A stretch of 64,000 nucleotides of DNA from an uncultured delta proteobacterium (GCA_963716725.1 CAVQUB010000005.1:32001-96000), one strand, 5' to 3'; positions 9,041 through 18,883 are shown, numbered from the stretch's first letter. Notes: generated by a model from the sequence alone, not told the origin. Translations and numbers: made by a program.

Positions 9041-9610
9041 TCAGGGGAACTGGTGCGCGATGGCCAGACCGCGGTGGTCGCGTCGGTTGTAGTACTTGAA
9101 ATCCTGCCAGCTCCGCTGCCACTCGGCGCGCAGCATCAGGCCGTCGTAAACACGCACGCTGGCGCCGAGGCCGACCATGAACGACAGCTCAGCGCCCCAG
9201 GTGCCGAGCCGTGGCGAGGTGTAGAGCCAGGTCTGGTCGAAGAGCCGCAGCGCTACCGGGGTCGATGCGGCGAACCAGGCGTAGCCGAGCTCCTGCTCGA
9301 AACCCGCGACGAAGCGATCGCTGCGAAGGGGCATGAAGCGCGCGGCCAATCCGCCCGCGACCGCGTCATCGTCAAAGGCGAAGAGGCCCGTGAGATCGAC
9401 GTGACGCGTGGCGCGTCCGCTGAGCCACGCCTGGCCAGCGGTGGCGGCGGGCTCCTCGACGTAGGGGCGCGGCGACACTTCGGCCACACCGAAGCCGGCT
9501 TCGGCACGGCGATCGGGCATCAGACCCGCTGCGGGGCGAAATCCCGCGACCGGGCCGCAGCCGATCAGAACGAAGCCGATCAGAAGAAAGCCAATGACCC
9601 AACCGCGCAT
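9041..9610 (-). CDS. Hypothetical lipoprotein, beta-strand rich
   Basis: MRGWVIGFLLIGFVLIGC lipobox; C-terminal aromatic residue; starts 7 bp after the upstream gene. Confidence 0.65.
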   Translation of the reverse strand: MRGWVIGFLLIGFVLIGCGPVAGFRPAAGLMPDRRAEAGFGVAEVSPRPYVEEPAATAGQAWLSGRATRHVDLTGLFAFDDDAVAGGLAARFMPLRSDRFVAGFEQELGYAWFAASTPVALRLFDQTWLYTSPRLGTWGAELSFMVGLGASVRVYDGLMLRAEWQRSWQDFKYYNRRDHRGLAIAHQFP

Positions 9611-9617
9611 CTCCGGG

Positions 9618-10445
9618 TCAGGGCTCTGCCGGATCGCCGGGTTGCCAGTCGTACGCCTCTTCGAGGTGAACGACGACGGGCAGGTGGTCCGAGCCGCCAA
9701 CGTTGCTGACCCAGGCGTTGAGCGGCTCGAAGGATCCATCGAAGAGCACGTGGTCGAGGGTCTGGGTGAACTGGTTGGCGACGGAGCTGCCTTGCCAGGT
9801 GTGCTGGCCCGGCCGGTACAAAGGCAGCGCGTTCCGGTAGCCGCGATCTTCCAGGTACCGCACCGCAACCCCGCCGAGGCCCTCGTTGAAGTCTCCGAGC
9901 ACGATGGTGGGCAGCCCCGTCGAACACTCCTTCACGAACAGCTCGATCTCGTAGAGGTGGTCGTCGCTCGAGCTCAGGTACGACTCGACGACGTTGCCGT
10001 TGCCGGTGTGCTTCGAGCGCAGGTGCAGGTTGAGGACTTGGAGCTTGCCGCTCGGAGTGTCCACCATCACGTGCCACGCCGGGTGCCAGCCGCTCGGTCC
10101 TGGGTGCCAGCCGCTGTCGGCGACGGGAAATTTCGACAGCACCGCCAAGCCCGCGGCGCCCGCGTTCGGCAGGTTGTGCTGGTAGAGCTGGTACGGGTAC
10201 TCGTCGCCGTACTCGGCGCGCAGCACCACCTCGAACTCCGGCGTTGTCTCTTGCAGAAAGACGACGTCCGATCGGTTCTTGCCCACGGCCCCGATGGTGG
10301 CCGGATCGAAGTGGTCGCCCGCCTCCACGTTGTACGATTGGATCTCGTAGTGGGCTACACCCGGCGTCGGGTCCCGCGGCTCGAGCGGTCGTTCGCCACA
10401 CGCCACTGTGGCGAGCGCACAGATTCCGAGCCCAACGCGAAGCAT
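9618..10445 (-). CDS. Endonuclease/exonuclease/phosphatase (EEP) family lipoprotein
   Basis: SYNV, DVVFLQE, VLGDFN, LDHV, SDHLPV; lipobox TVAC. Confidence 0.9.
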   Translation of the reverse strand: MLRVGLGICALATVACGERPLEPRDPTPGVAHYEIQSYNVEAGDHFDPATIGAVGKNRSDVVFLQETTPEFEVVLRAEYGDEYPYQLYQHNLPNAGAAGLAVLSKFPVADSGWHPGPSGWHPAWHVMVDTPSGKLQVLNLHLRSKHTGNGNVVESYLSSSDDHLYEIELFVKECSTGLPTIVLGDFNEGLGGVAVRYLEDRGYRNALPLYRPGQHTWQGSSVANQFTQTLDHVLFDGSFEPLNAWVSNVGGSDHLPVVVHLEEAYDWQPGDPAEP

Positions 10446-10514
10446 CCAGTTCCGAGTCTGTCATCGCTGCGACGTGGGTCAAGCAGCGGAAAAGCGCAAC
10501 GATTGCGCTGGTGG

Positions 10515-10952
10515 TCAGCGAGACTTCGGAAATACGATCTGCACCGGCGCCGGCTGGTTCTCGACGTCGGCCGCTTCGCCCACCAACGACGTGAGCGTGG
10601 CGTACACCGCGAGTACGATCGCGAGCATCAACACGCTGGTCCACAGGTAGGTGTATGTCGGCGGGTGCTTCGCCGTGCTCCATCCGTCGGCGTAGAACTT
10701 CCCGCCGCTGCGATCGCGCAGGCGCTTCTGCACGCCGCGCAAGAACGCGCTGTCTGGTGGAGGCTCTTCCTTCTTCAGATCGAGGGCGCCCCGGAGCAGG
10801 TCGCGCATCTTCGACTCGGCCTCTTCGCCGAGCTCGGCGCCCGCGTCCGCACTGGCGAGCTCGTCTTCCGGCGCTTCGGGCCCGTTCTCCGGCGGTGCTC
10901 CGTCCGCGCTCGGCCGCTCGTCATCGCGGCTGTCGTCATCGCGGTCGCTCAT
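10515..10952 (-). CDS. Single-TM membrane protein, putative anti-sigma partner of the upstream ECF
   Basis: ATGA overlap with the sigma stop; acidic N-terminus; one hydrophobic helix. Confidence 0.65.
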   Translation of the reverse strand: MSDRDDDSRDDERPSADGAPPENGPEAPEDELASADAGAELGEEAESKMRDLLRGALDLKKEEPPPDSAFLRGVQKRLRDRSGGKFYADGWSTAKHPPTYTYLWTSVLMLAIVLAVYATLTSLVGEAADVENQPAPVQIVFPKSR

Positions 10953-11557
10953 CGAATCTTCTCCCCCAAGGCGCGTTCCACCTTGGTCTTGAGCATGGCG
11001 CGGGCGCGGTGGATCCGGCTCTTCACCGTCCCGTCGGCCAGGCCCGTGATCTGGGCGATCTCCTGATAGGACAGGTCTTCCACATCCGCGAGGATCAACA
11101 CTTCGCGAAAATCGGGATCGAGCTCCGTGATGCAAGCGTGCACGATCTTCTCCACCTGCAACCCCTCCACCATGTGGTCGGGCCGGGCCACGTCACCAAA
11201 GGTGACGCCCTTGGCCTCGCTGAGCGGTGCGCGCTCGGCCACCGGCTCGAGTTCTTGCTGGGTGCCGTCGTGGCGCCGCGACAGGTACTTGAGGCGGTTC
11301 TTGCAGAGGTTGACCGCGATTCGGTAGACCCAAGTGCTCAGCTTGCTGTCGCCCCGGAAGGTGGCAATGGCCTTGAAGACCTGCACGAAGACCTCCTGAG
11401 CCATGTCTTCTGCTTCGTCGCGGCGGCCCAGCATTCGGAACACCAAGCGGAAGACGCGCTGCTCGTAGGTCTCGACCAACTCGTTGAACGCGCGCTCGTC
11501 GTGCCTGCGTAGGCGCTCGATGAACTTGAGCTCGCTGTCTTCGACGGAGTCTGTCAC
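10949..11557 (-). CDS. ECF RNA polymerase sigma factor (RpoE/SigW-like)
   Basis: AEDMAQEVF, STWVYRIAVN, LSYQEIA, GTVKSRIHRAR; start is inferred. Confidence 0.93.
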   Translation of the reverse strand: MTDSVEDSELKFIERLRRHDERAFNELVETYEQRVFRLVFRMLGRRDEAEDMAQEVFVQVFKAIATFRGDSKLSTWVYRIAVNLCKNRLKYLSRRHDGTQQELEPVAERAPLSEAKGVTFGDVARPDHMVEGLQVEKIVHACITELDPDFREVLILADVEDLSYQEIAQITGLADGTVKSRIHRARAMLKTKVERALGEKIR

Positions 11558-11786
11558 GTCCCACCAGGAGGCGCGTTCACCGTAGCCGGAAAGGCGCGAG
11601 GCGTCGTCATCCGAAGCGCCATCGGGCACGATTGAGGGCTCACTCGGAAGCCGGAGGCGCGAGGTGGCCACGGCCGACCGACACCCGAACCCGCCGCGGG
11701 TTCCGCAGAACGCCACCGGGAAGATCCCCGGGAACTTCGCCGGATGCGCGGCTGTCGGAGCGCTCGCGTGCCCCCAGTGGAGGCGG

Positions 11787-11857
11787 TTCCGGCGCATGGA
11801 TTCGAACCATGATTCAGGGATTCAAAGTCCCTTGTCCTGCCTTTAGACGACGCCGGA
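11787..11857 (-). tRNA. tRNA-Gln (anticodon TTG); CCA not encoded
   Basis: Acceptor stem TCCGGCG/CGCCGGA; anticodon arm AGGGA-CTTTGAA-TCCCT; T arm CATGG-TTCGAAT-CCATG; followed by A then CCG. Confidence 0.95.
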
Positions 11858-11946
11858 AAAAGGCGGCGCGAGCCTAATGGCCAGGGCCTAGGTCGGCAAC
11901 TGGCAAACGCCTGGGTTCGGAAAACCGGCCGGGGTTCGGGGATGGC

Positions 11947-12891
11947 CTAGCGTGTGAGGGCTCTGCCGTCGCGCGCTAGCAGCGGCGACCTCTGGGCGAT
12001 CCAAGACTCGAGCTCGCTCAGATCTGCGAGTCGCACGGCGTTCCCTGGCAGTTCGTCGATGTCCCGAGAGGACTGCCCCCCGACCACGAGCGTGCAGCGT
12101 CGGGGCAGTGCCGCGGACAGATCCGCGAGCAATGGCCCCGCTGTTCGAGGATCCAGGCTTACGCAGGAAATGAGCAGGGCCTCGGCGCCAGTCTCTCGGG
12201 CCGCGTGACTGATCTCCTCGACCGGCAGGCTCGGACCCAGGAACACCGCGCGCCACCCCGTCATCGCCGCGACGACCGCCGCCATCAAAGCACCCAGCTC
12301 GTGCAACTCGCCCTCGAGCGTTGTCGCTACCGCCGTCGGAGCGCTTGGATCGACAGCAAACAGGCGCAACATCGCGCCGAGGTGACTGCGAACCATCGCG
12401 GTGGCGGCGTGCTCATGCGCCACCTGGAGCGATCCGCCCTGCCAACGAGCGCCGACTTCGGTCAAGAGGGGCACCAAGACGCGATCGATGAACTCTCGGC
12501 GCGGCAAGGCCCACGCGGCGCCAGCTAACGTCTGGTCGGCGGACGACAGGTCGAGGCGCGCGATGTGGCCGAGGTAACGATCCACGAGGGGCGCGTACTC
12601 GGCGTTCGGCGCGGTCGGAGAGGAGTGGAGCTTCAAAAGCTTCTCCAGCTCGGCGGCCGAGAGCGTGGCGACGTCGCCGATGGCGTGGCCCAATCCGAGA
12701 AGGCGCTTCACCAAGCGGAGTCGCTGAACGTCATCGTCGGAGTAGAGACGGTCTCCTCCGTCCGAGCGCATGGGCTGAAGTGTCCTGTAGCGTCGCTCCC
12801 AGGCTCGCAACGCGTGGGTGGAAATTCCGGTGAGTCGCGCCACGGCTCCGATGCGATGACGGGGGGTTGGGTTGGACTGGCTCGTGGTCAT
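11947..12891 (-). CDS. carH: MerR-family cobalamin-binding photoreceptor/repressor (CarH/LitR type)
   Basis: MerR HTH (IGAVARLTGIS..LRAWERRY...RLYS), W-x9-EH motif (WQGGSLQVAHEH), B12-binding ELHELG; adjacent to crt genes. Confidence 0.88.
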   Translation of the reverse strand: MTTSQSNPTPRHRIGAVARLTGISTHALRAWERRYRTLQPMRSDGGDRLYSDDDVQRLRLVKRLLGLGHAIGDVATLSAAELEKLLKLHSSPTAPNAEYAPLVDRYLGHIARLDLSSADQTLAGAAWALPRREFIDRVLVPLLTEVGARWQGGSLQVAHEHAATAMVRSHLGAMLRLFAVDPSAPTAVATTLEGELHELGALMAAVVAAMTGWRAVFLGPSLPVEEISHAARETGAEALLISCVSLDPRTAGPLLADLSAALPRRCTLVVGGQSSRDIDELPGNAVRLADLSELESWIAQRSPLLARDGRALTR

Positions 12892-13147
12892 CTCGCGCTC
12901 ATCCCACCCTCAGGGTCTGAACGGTCTCTCGAACGCCAGGGTAACCCGCGAAGCGCCGCCAGTGGAACGCCTCGTGGGGGCCGTGTGGGCCGCGCGCGAG
13001 AGAAGCGAGCTGCCGAGCGCACCGTGCAGATGTCCAACACCCGGAAACCCCCGGTCGAAAGGACCAAGCCGAGCATCAACCCGACCCAGCTGAAGTAAAC
13101 GGCCTAGTCCGACCGGTCGAACCAGATGCGACCCACGTGGGTCGACT

Positions 13148-14149
13148 TCAGTGGGAAATGTCGTCATTCTGATACCTCATCCGTGGAAGGCCGTGGCACG
13201 GCAGCTTCGACGCGCGCGTGCCGTCCGGCAGGTCGGCGAGAGTCAAGAACGCCGCACGAAGCGCCAGCAGCAGCTTGCTCCGGGTCGAGACTACGGCGCG
13301 CCCCGACAGCGGGTCGAAGTCGCGCTCGGAGAGCTCGCGCCCGATGGCCGAATACACCAGCGCCGCGGTACGCACCGCGAAGGCGCTCCGCGCGTCCAGC
13401 GCGGCGACTCCTTGCTTGGCCGAGGCGTAATAGGTGTCGGCGAGCGCGAGCAACTGCTCGACGACGCGAGCGACGGGCAGCCTGGCGTTCTCGGGGATTG
13501 CGATGCCGAGGCCCGGGTCCAGCCCAGGCGCGCCTGCGGCGCGCAGCATGTCGCCGGGCAAGTACAGCCTGCCTCGCTCCCAGTCCTCGAGCACGTCGCG
13601 ACACACATTCGTGAGCTGCATTCCGATCCCGAGGTGCGCCGCATTGCTCAGCGCTCGCGCGTCCGAGACGCCCAGCACATGACACATCATGAGCCCCACC
13701 ACGCCGGCGACGCGGTAGCAGTAGAGCAGAAGGTCATCCAACGTCTCGTAGCGTGCGCCCTCGGCGTCCATGCGCATGCCGGCCAGGAGCTGCTCGGGGT
13801 AGTGGCGCGGGATCCCTCGCTCCGTCGCAACCTCTTGAAACGCACGGAGCACCAAGGTCGGCTGCGGCGCCCCGGCGTAGACGGAGTCGAGCTCGCGCTC
13901 GAGGCGGGCGAGGTTCAGTGACTGCGCCTCACCCGAGGCGAGGTCGATCAGGTCGTCGGCGTAGCGGCACCATGCGTAGAGCGCGGCCGCATCGCGCCGT
14001 GCCTCGACCGGCAAGAGCCGGCCGGCCAACGCGAAGCTCTTGCTGTGCTCGGCCAGCACGGCGAGGCAGGCGTCTCGGCTCGTAGCGCGATCGACTCCGG
14101 TCGATCCGCGGGCGTTCAGGTCGAGAGTGGAAGTCGACGCGGCGCTCAC
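13148..14149 (-). CDS. crtB: Phytoene synthase
   Basis: HSKSFALA, YAWCRYADDLID, YCYRVAGVVG, MQLTNVCRDVLED..RGRLYLP; GTGA overlap with crtI. Confidence 0.93.
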   Translation of the reverse strand: MSAASTSTLDLNARGSTGVDRATSRDACLAVLAEHSKSFALAGRLLPVEARRDAAALYAWCRYADDLIDLASGEAQSLNLARLERELDSVYAGAPQPTLVLRAFQEVATERGIPRHYPEQLLAGMRMDAEGARYETLDDLLLYCYRVAGVVGLMMCHVLGVSDARALSNAAHLGIGMQLTNVCRDVLEDWERGRLYLPGDMLRAAGAPGLDPGLGIAIPENARLPVARVVEQLLALADTYYASAKQGVAALDARSAFAVRTAALVYSAIGRELSERDFDPLSGRAVVSTRSKLLLALRAAFLTLADLPDGTRASKLPCHGLPRMRYQNDDISH

Positions 14150-15672
14150 GCTGCACGCTCCTTCCCGAGGTCGGCCAAGATCACGTCCAGGGTTGCCTTC
14201 GCCGAGTTGATCACACCGGGCAGACCGGCCCCCGGGTGGGTGCCCGCCCCGACGATGTAGAGCCCCGGGATCTTCGGGTCGCGGTTGTGCGGCCGGAACC
14301 ACGCACTTTGAGTGAGCGTCGGCGCCACCGAGAACGCCGAGCCGTGGAAGGCGGAGAGCTCGCTGGCGAAGTCCTCGGGAGTGAACCAGCGCTGGGTCAC
14401 GACGTGTTTGCGCAGATCCGGCATCAAGCGTTCGAGCGAGCCGAGGATCTTGTCGGCGTAGGCTGGCGCCGTCTTCTCCCAGTCGATGGGCGCGTTGCCG
14501 AGATGGGGCACCGGGGAAAGCACGTAGAACCCTGCGCAACCCGGCGGCGCGAGCGAGGGGTCCGTCACCGTCGGTGCGTGCAGGTACAAACTGAAGTCGT
14601 CCGGCAAGCTGTTGCCCGAGAAGATCTCGTCGAGCAGAGCTTCGTACCTCGGGCCGAAAACCACTGTGTGGTGAGCGACGTCGTAGGTTCTGTCCGTGCC
14701 GAAGTAGAGGAGGAACAGGCTCATGGACCAGTCGGCTTTCTCGAGCTTGCGTCGCGTCCGCTCCGCACGCGGCTCGCCGGAGTAGAGCTTGGCGTAGGTG
14801 TGATGCAGATCGGCATTCGAGACGACGAAGTCGAAGCTCTCTTCGCCACGAGGGCTCTTGACGACGTGGAACGCACGCCCCTCGGACTCTCTGACTTCGA
14901 TGTGCTCGACCGGGGTGGACAACCGGAGCTCGCCGCCGAGTTCCTGATACAGCTTCACCAACGCTTGGACCAACGCGCCCGTCCCGCCGCGGGGGAAGAA
15001 CACCCCCCACTTGCGCTCGAGGTAGTGGATCAGCGTGTAGATGGCGCTGGTCTCGAAGGGGTTTCCTCCGACCAGAAGCGAGTGAAACGAGAGCGCCTGC
15101 CGCAGGTGCTCGTCTTTGACGAAGCGCGCGACGGCGCTGTACACGCTGCGATCTGCCCGCAACCGGGCCAAGTCCGGGGCCACCTTGAGCATGTCGATGA
15201 AGCGCAAGAACGGCGTCGCCACCAGCTCCTCGTAGCCCTTCTCGAAGACCCGGCGCGAGTAGTCCACGAAGCGCACGTAGCCGTCGGCGTCGGCGGGACT
15301 GCGCGCGCGGATCTGCTCCAGCATCACGTCCGAGTCCCCGACGTAGTCGAGGGCGTCTCCGTCGCTCCACGACAACCTGTAAAACGGCGTGACGGGCAGG
15401 AGCTCGACGTAGTCGTTCATTTTCCGCCCCGCGAGCTCGAAGAGCTCTTCGATGCAGTGCGGAGCGGTGATGACGGTCGGCCCCGCATCGAACACGAAGC
15501 CGTCCTGCTCGTACACGTAGGCTCGGCCGCCGGGCTTGTCGCGTGCCTCGAAGAGGACGCTCGAGATGCCAGCGGCCTGGAGGCGGATGGCTGCCGCAAG
15601 GCCGCCGAAGCCACTACCGACGATCGCGGCGCGTGGTGCGCGCATCTGTGTTGCAGAAATTCGTTCAACCAT
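14146..15672 (-). CDS. crtI: Phytoene desaturase
   Basis: GSGFGGLA, FDAGPTVIT, LLVGGNPF, GAGTHPGAGLPGV. Confidence 0.95.
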   Translation of the reverse strand: MVERISATQMRAPRAAIVGSGFGGLAAAIRLQAAGISSVLFEARDKPGGRAYVYEQDGFVFDAGPTVITAPHCIEELFELAGRKMNDYVELLPVTPFYRLSWSDGDALDYVGDSDVMLEQIRARSPADADGYVRFVDYSRRVFEKGYEELVATPFLRFIDMLKVAPDLARLRADRSVYSAVARFVKDEHLRQALSFHSLLVGGNPFETSAIYTLIHYLERKWGVFFPRGGTGALVQALVKLYQELGGELRLSTPVEHIEVRESEGRAFHVVKSPRGEESFDFVVSNADLHHTYAKLYSGEPRAERTRRKLEKADWSMSLFLLYFGTDRTYDVAHHTVVFGPRYEALLDEIFSGNSLPDDFSLYLHAPTVTDPSLAPPGCAGFYVLSPVPHLGNAPIDWEKTAPAYADKILGSLERLMPDLRKHVVTQRWFTPEDFASELSAFHGSAFSVAPTLTQSAWFRPHNRDPKIPGLYIVGAGTHPGAGLPGVINSAKATLDVILADLGKERAA

Positions 15673-16702
15673 AGCTCCTCCTCAAGAGTTCGATGTCCGA
15701 CTTCACGCTCGCGAGTGCCGGAACGCTTCCGACACTGGCGGCCAGGTCTTCGAAGGCGCGTGCGAGGTATTCATCCACGTGCCTTCGACCGCTCACGCCC
15801 ACCAGTTCTCTCAGCCGCTCGGCGAGCACTTCCGGGTGGGTGTCGCGCTGCTGCACTCGGCGAGCGAGGCGCCGGAGCTCGTCGTAGGCAACCTCGTCGA
15901 GCTGCTCTGCCGCCCACGCGAAGGGCCAGGTCGGCCGCCCGCCGAGCAGGTCTTCGTGGCCCTTGTGGCAGCGCCTTTCGCTGACGATCCCGCCCAGGTC
16001 GTCCAGCATTTGCAGGGCCACTCCCAGGCGTCGTCCGAACTGCTCGAGCGCGCCGACCACGGGCCGGGGCCCGGCGGCGGCGACGGCTCCGAGGGCGGCC
16101 GCGAGCTGCATCAGGGCGCCGCTCTTCAGCTGCGTCGTCACGTTCACGACGGCGGGCACGTCCGCTCGAGCGAGGTCGTGAACGCGAGTCGACAGGTCGA
16201 GGGCCTGCCCCTGGTGAGCCCGAAGCAGCGTGCGGTCGACCAAGCGTCGCACGGCCAGCTCGACGGGCGGTGCTAGTTCGAGGCGCTCTATCAACCAGTC
16301 GGACCAGAAGTAGAGCCAAGAGCCCGCGTTGAGCGCACGCCCGAGCCCCCACTTCTTGTGCAACGCGAGTTCGCCGCGCCGGTAGGTGGAGTCGTCTTCG
16401 ATGTCATCGATGATGAGCGAACCCGCGTGCAACACCTCCACCACCCAGCGCAGCTCTGCTGGTGGCGCGGTCTTGCGGCCGGAGAGCTCCCAAGCCGTTT
16501 CGACCAGGCGAGCGCGGAACTCCTTTCCCGGACGCGAAAGGAAGTCGGCGAGAGGACCGTACAAGGCCTCGTCCCAGACTGCCCAAGGCACGGTTTGTCC
16601 CTGCAGATCGAGAAGGCGATCGAGCTCTCGTTCCGAGAACTGCTCACTGAGTAGCTCCACGAGCGGGGAAGTGGTGTTGATGGCTAGTGCGGGGTGGTTC
16701 AT
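15665..16702 (-). CDS. crtE: Polyprenyl (GGPP) diphosphate synthase
   Basis: PGKEFR, LHAGSLIIDDIED...RRG, GQALDL, LQMLDD; located in the crt operon. Confidence 0.85.
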   Translation of the reverse strand: MNHPALAINTTSPLVELLSEQFSERELDRLLDLQGQTVPWAVWDEALYGPLADFLSRPGKEFRARLVETAWELSGRKTAPPAELRWVVEVLHAGSLIIDDIEDDSTYRRGELALHKKWGLGRALNAGSWLYFWSDWLIERLELAPPVELAVRRLVDRTLLRAHQGQALDLSTRVHDLARADVPAVVNVTTQLKSGALMQLAAALGAVAAAGPRPVVGALEQFGRRLGVALQMLDDLGGIVSERRCHKGHEDLLGGRPTWPFAWAAEQLDEVAYDELRRLARRVQQRDTHPEVLAERLRELVGVSGRRHVDEYLARAFEDLAASVGSVPALASVKSDIELLRRSYG

Positions 16703-17862
16703 GGCGCGGCTCCGTTCGAAAAGGCGACTCGAATGGACAGGCCCCGAGGGGGCCGTCCCAAGAGGACGCGTGCGCGGTCCGTCGCGGTCGTGTTCATGGC
16801 GTAGAAACGGCGGATGGTCGGCTCCGGGAGGCCGTAGAAACGCTCCAAGACGTTCCAGCGATCTTCGGGGCGAAACGCGCCGAAGAGCAGACGGTTGAGC
16901 CAGGTGGAGAAGCGTTGCTGTCGGTGGTGCTCGCGCGTGAGCGCGTCCCAGGCGGGCCCGAACGGGTCTTCGCCGAACGACTCCGCGACGTGCAGCGCCA
17001 AGCGCGCTGCCCAGGGCAGCGAGTATCCGGTGGTCGGGTGAAACCAGCCCCCCCGGTAGCCGGCCTGCAGCGGCAGTGCTGATGAAGGTCTGGCGAGCGA
17101 TCGAGTCGGGATCGGTAGAACACCGCTCTCTTCACGCACGACGCCGGCGACGCGCAGTCCGCGAGCCCGGGCGTAGTCGAGGACTTCGCCGCGCAACGCC
17201 TCGATGTCCAGTGACGGTGTGTCGGAGTAGTAGGTGTCTTCGACGAGAACGCGCTGGGCATCCAGCGGCAGCACGTAGAAGAACCGAAACCCGTCGCTCT
17301 GAGGCACGCGGGCGTCCATCAAGATGGGCCGCTCGAGGCCGTGCTCAGCTTCGAGTTCGAGCTCGAGGCCGAGGAACTTCTGGTAGGCCAGGCGCGTGCC
17401 CGACTCGAATCGCTCCGGGCCGCGCGCGTCGATCACGAGCTTCGCGTCGATGGACTGTCCATCAGCGAGCTCCACTCGGTTCGCTTGCACGCTCGTCGCC
17501 GCCGCTCCGGTCAGAAGCACGGCGTTCGGCGCTCGGCCGAGCGCGGCTTCGACGACGTCGGCGAAGCGCTCGCTCGTCACCGCCGTATAGGCGCCGCCTA
17601 GCGTGCGCTCGCGGCGCGGGAAGAGGACGTCGTAGCCCTCCCAGCGATGCTCGACGAGGGGCTCCACCAGAGCTGCAGCCGCAGGCGAGAGGTCCCCGGC
17701 GTGAAAACACCAGGTGTGGTTGCCTCCGATTCTGGGGCCGGCCTCGATCACCGCCAGCCGGGCGCGCGGGGCGCGGCCCAGCGTGGCGAGCGCCAGAAGC
17801 CCCCCTTGGAGGCCTCCGCCGACGATGACGACGTCCAGGTCGTGTTCTTTCATGTCTAGCAT
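16699..17862 (-). CDS. crtY: Lycopene beta-cyclase (CrtY type)
   Basis: GGGLQG, GGNHTWCF, QKFLG, ILMDA.V.Q.DGFRF.YVLP, EDTYY, FHPTTGYSL. Confidence 0.93.
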   Translation of the reverse strand: MLDMKEHDLDVVIVGGGLQGGLLALATLGRAPRARLAVIEAGPRIGGNHTWCFHAGDLSPAAAALVEPLVEHRWEGYDVLFPRRERTLGGAYTAVTSERFADVVEAALGRAPNAVLLTGAAATSVQANRVELADGQSIDAKLVIDARGPERFESGTRLAYQKFLGLELELEAEHGLERPILMDARVPQSDGFRFFYVLPLDAQRVLVEDTYYSDTPSLDIEALRGEVLDYARARGLRVAGVVREESGVLPIPTRSLARPSSALPLQAGYRGGWFHPTTGYSLPWAARLALHVAESFGEDPFGPAWDALTREHHRQQRFSTWLNRLLFGAFRPEDRWNVLERFYGLPEPTIRRFYAMNTTATDRARVLLGRPPRGLSIRVAFSNGAAP

Positions 17863-17924
17863 CTGTATAATATATAATTAGGCTGGACTTGCGGATGTCA
17901 ATGGCTGTGTCTAAGTTTAGTCTA
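17853..17924. promoter_or_regulatory. AT-rich divergent promoter with CarH-type 11-bp-phased operator repeats
   Basis: TGTCTA 17853, TGTATA 17864, TGTCAA 17896, TGTCTA 17908, AGTCTA 17919 (TnnACA-like on the minus strand); TATAAT at 17866 and 17873 (+); TTGACA at 17896-17901 (-). Confidence 0.75.
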
Positions 17925-18880
17925 TGATGCCAGCCCGGGTCGTCCCTTTGAGAGAGCCAGCTGCCGCGCCTCGCCGGTGGGTGAGCCCCGCTGAACTCCG
18001 CCTCGACCACGTGGTCCGTCGCTACGGCCGCCTGGTCGCGGTGAACGAGCTCAGTCTCGCGGTCCGGCCGGGTGAGACCTTCGGGCTGCTCGGCCCCAAC
18101 GGGGCCGGCAAGAGCACGCTGATGCGCATGATGCTCGGCGCCGATGAGCCCGACGCCGGGTCGATCACCCTCGGCGAGCAGGCGGTCACGAGTCGTGCCG
18201 TGCGCGCGCGCATCGGCATCGCGCCTCAGGAGATCGCGCTCTACGGCAATCTGTCCGCCGCCGAGAACCTGCGCTTTGCGGGGCGGCTCTATGGTCTGTC
18301 AGGACGCGTGCTCGAAGAGCGCGTGCTCGCCGCACTGGAGGTTGCGGGGCTCAGTGCACGGCGTGACGATCGAGTTCGCGTGTTCTCCGGCGGCATGCAG
18401 CGACGCTTGAACCTCGCGTGCGCGATCGTCCATGAGCCGGCGTTGGTCCTACTCGACGAGCCGACCGCCGGGGTCGATCCACAATCGCGCAATCATCTCT
18501 TCGACGCCCTCGAGCGACTGAAAGAGACCGGTGTGACGGTCATCTATTCGACACACTACATGGAGGAGGCCGAGCGTCTCTGCGATCGCATCGGTATCAT
18601 CGACCACGGGAGGCTCCTCGCGCTGGGATCCGTCGAAGAGCTCACGACTCGTCACGGAGGCGGCTACCACATCGCGGCTGAACTCGAAGGCCCGCTTCCG
18701 AACGGCCTCCCTCGTCACACGGCGCTCGTCGGACAGAAGGTCCACTACGTCACCGACGACCCTTGGCCGATCGTCAACGCGCTCGCCCGCTCTGGATCGC
18801 GAATCGCTTCGTTGCAGGTCGAACGCCCGAGCTTGGAGGGCGTATTCCTATCGCTCACCGGCAGAACGCTGAGGGACTAG
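17924..18880 (+). CDS. ABC transporter ATP-binding protein (ABC-2/DrrA-like exporter)
   Basis: GPNGAGKST, FSGGMQRR, LLDEPT, STHYM. Confidence 0.95.
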   Translation: MMPARVVPLREPAAAPRRWVSPAELRLDHVVRRYGRLVAVNELSLAVRPGETFGLLGPNGAGKSTLMRMMLGADEPDAGSITLGEQAVTSRAVRARIGIAPQEIALYGNLSAAENLRFAGRLYGLSGRVLEERVLAALEVAGLSARRDDRVRVFSGGMQRRLNLACAIVHEPALVLLDEPTAGVDPQSRNHLFDALERLKETGVTVIYSTHYMEEAERLCDRIGIIDHGRLLALGSVEELTTRHGGGYHIAAELEGPLPNGLPRHTALVGQKVHYVTDDPWPIVNALARSGSRIASLQVERPSLEGVFLSLTGRTLRD

Positions 18881-18883
18881 GCG

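Noticed and set aside
11787..11946. tRNA as integration site for a carotenoid island
   Set aside because: No integrase and no duplicated tRNA 3' end seen in the window.
13148..15370. 740-aa ORF suggesting a large CrtB fusion
   Set aside because: The upstream part is an alternative frame of crtI; crtB starts at the GTG overlapping the crtI stop. The same applies to ORFs 22614..24440, 25071..26411 and 34517..36907.
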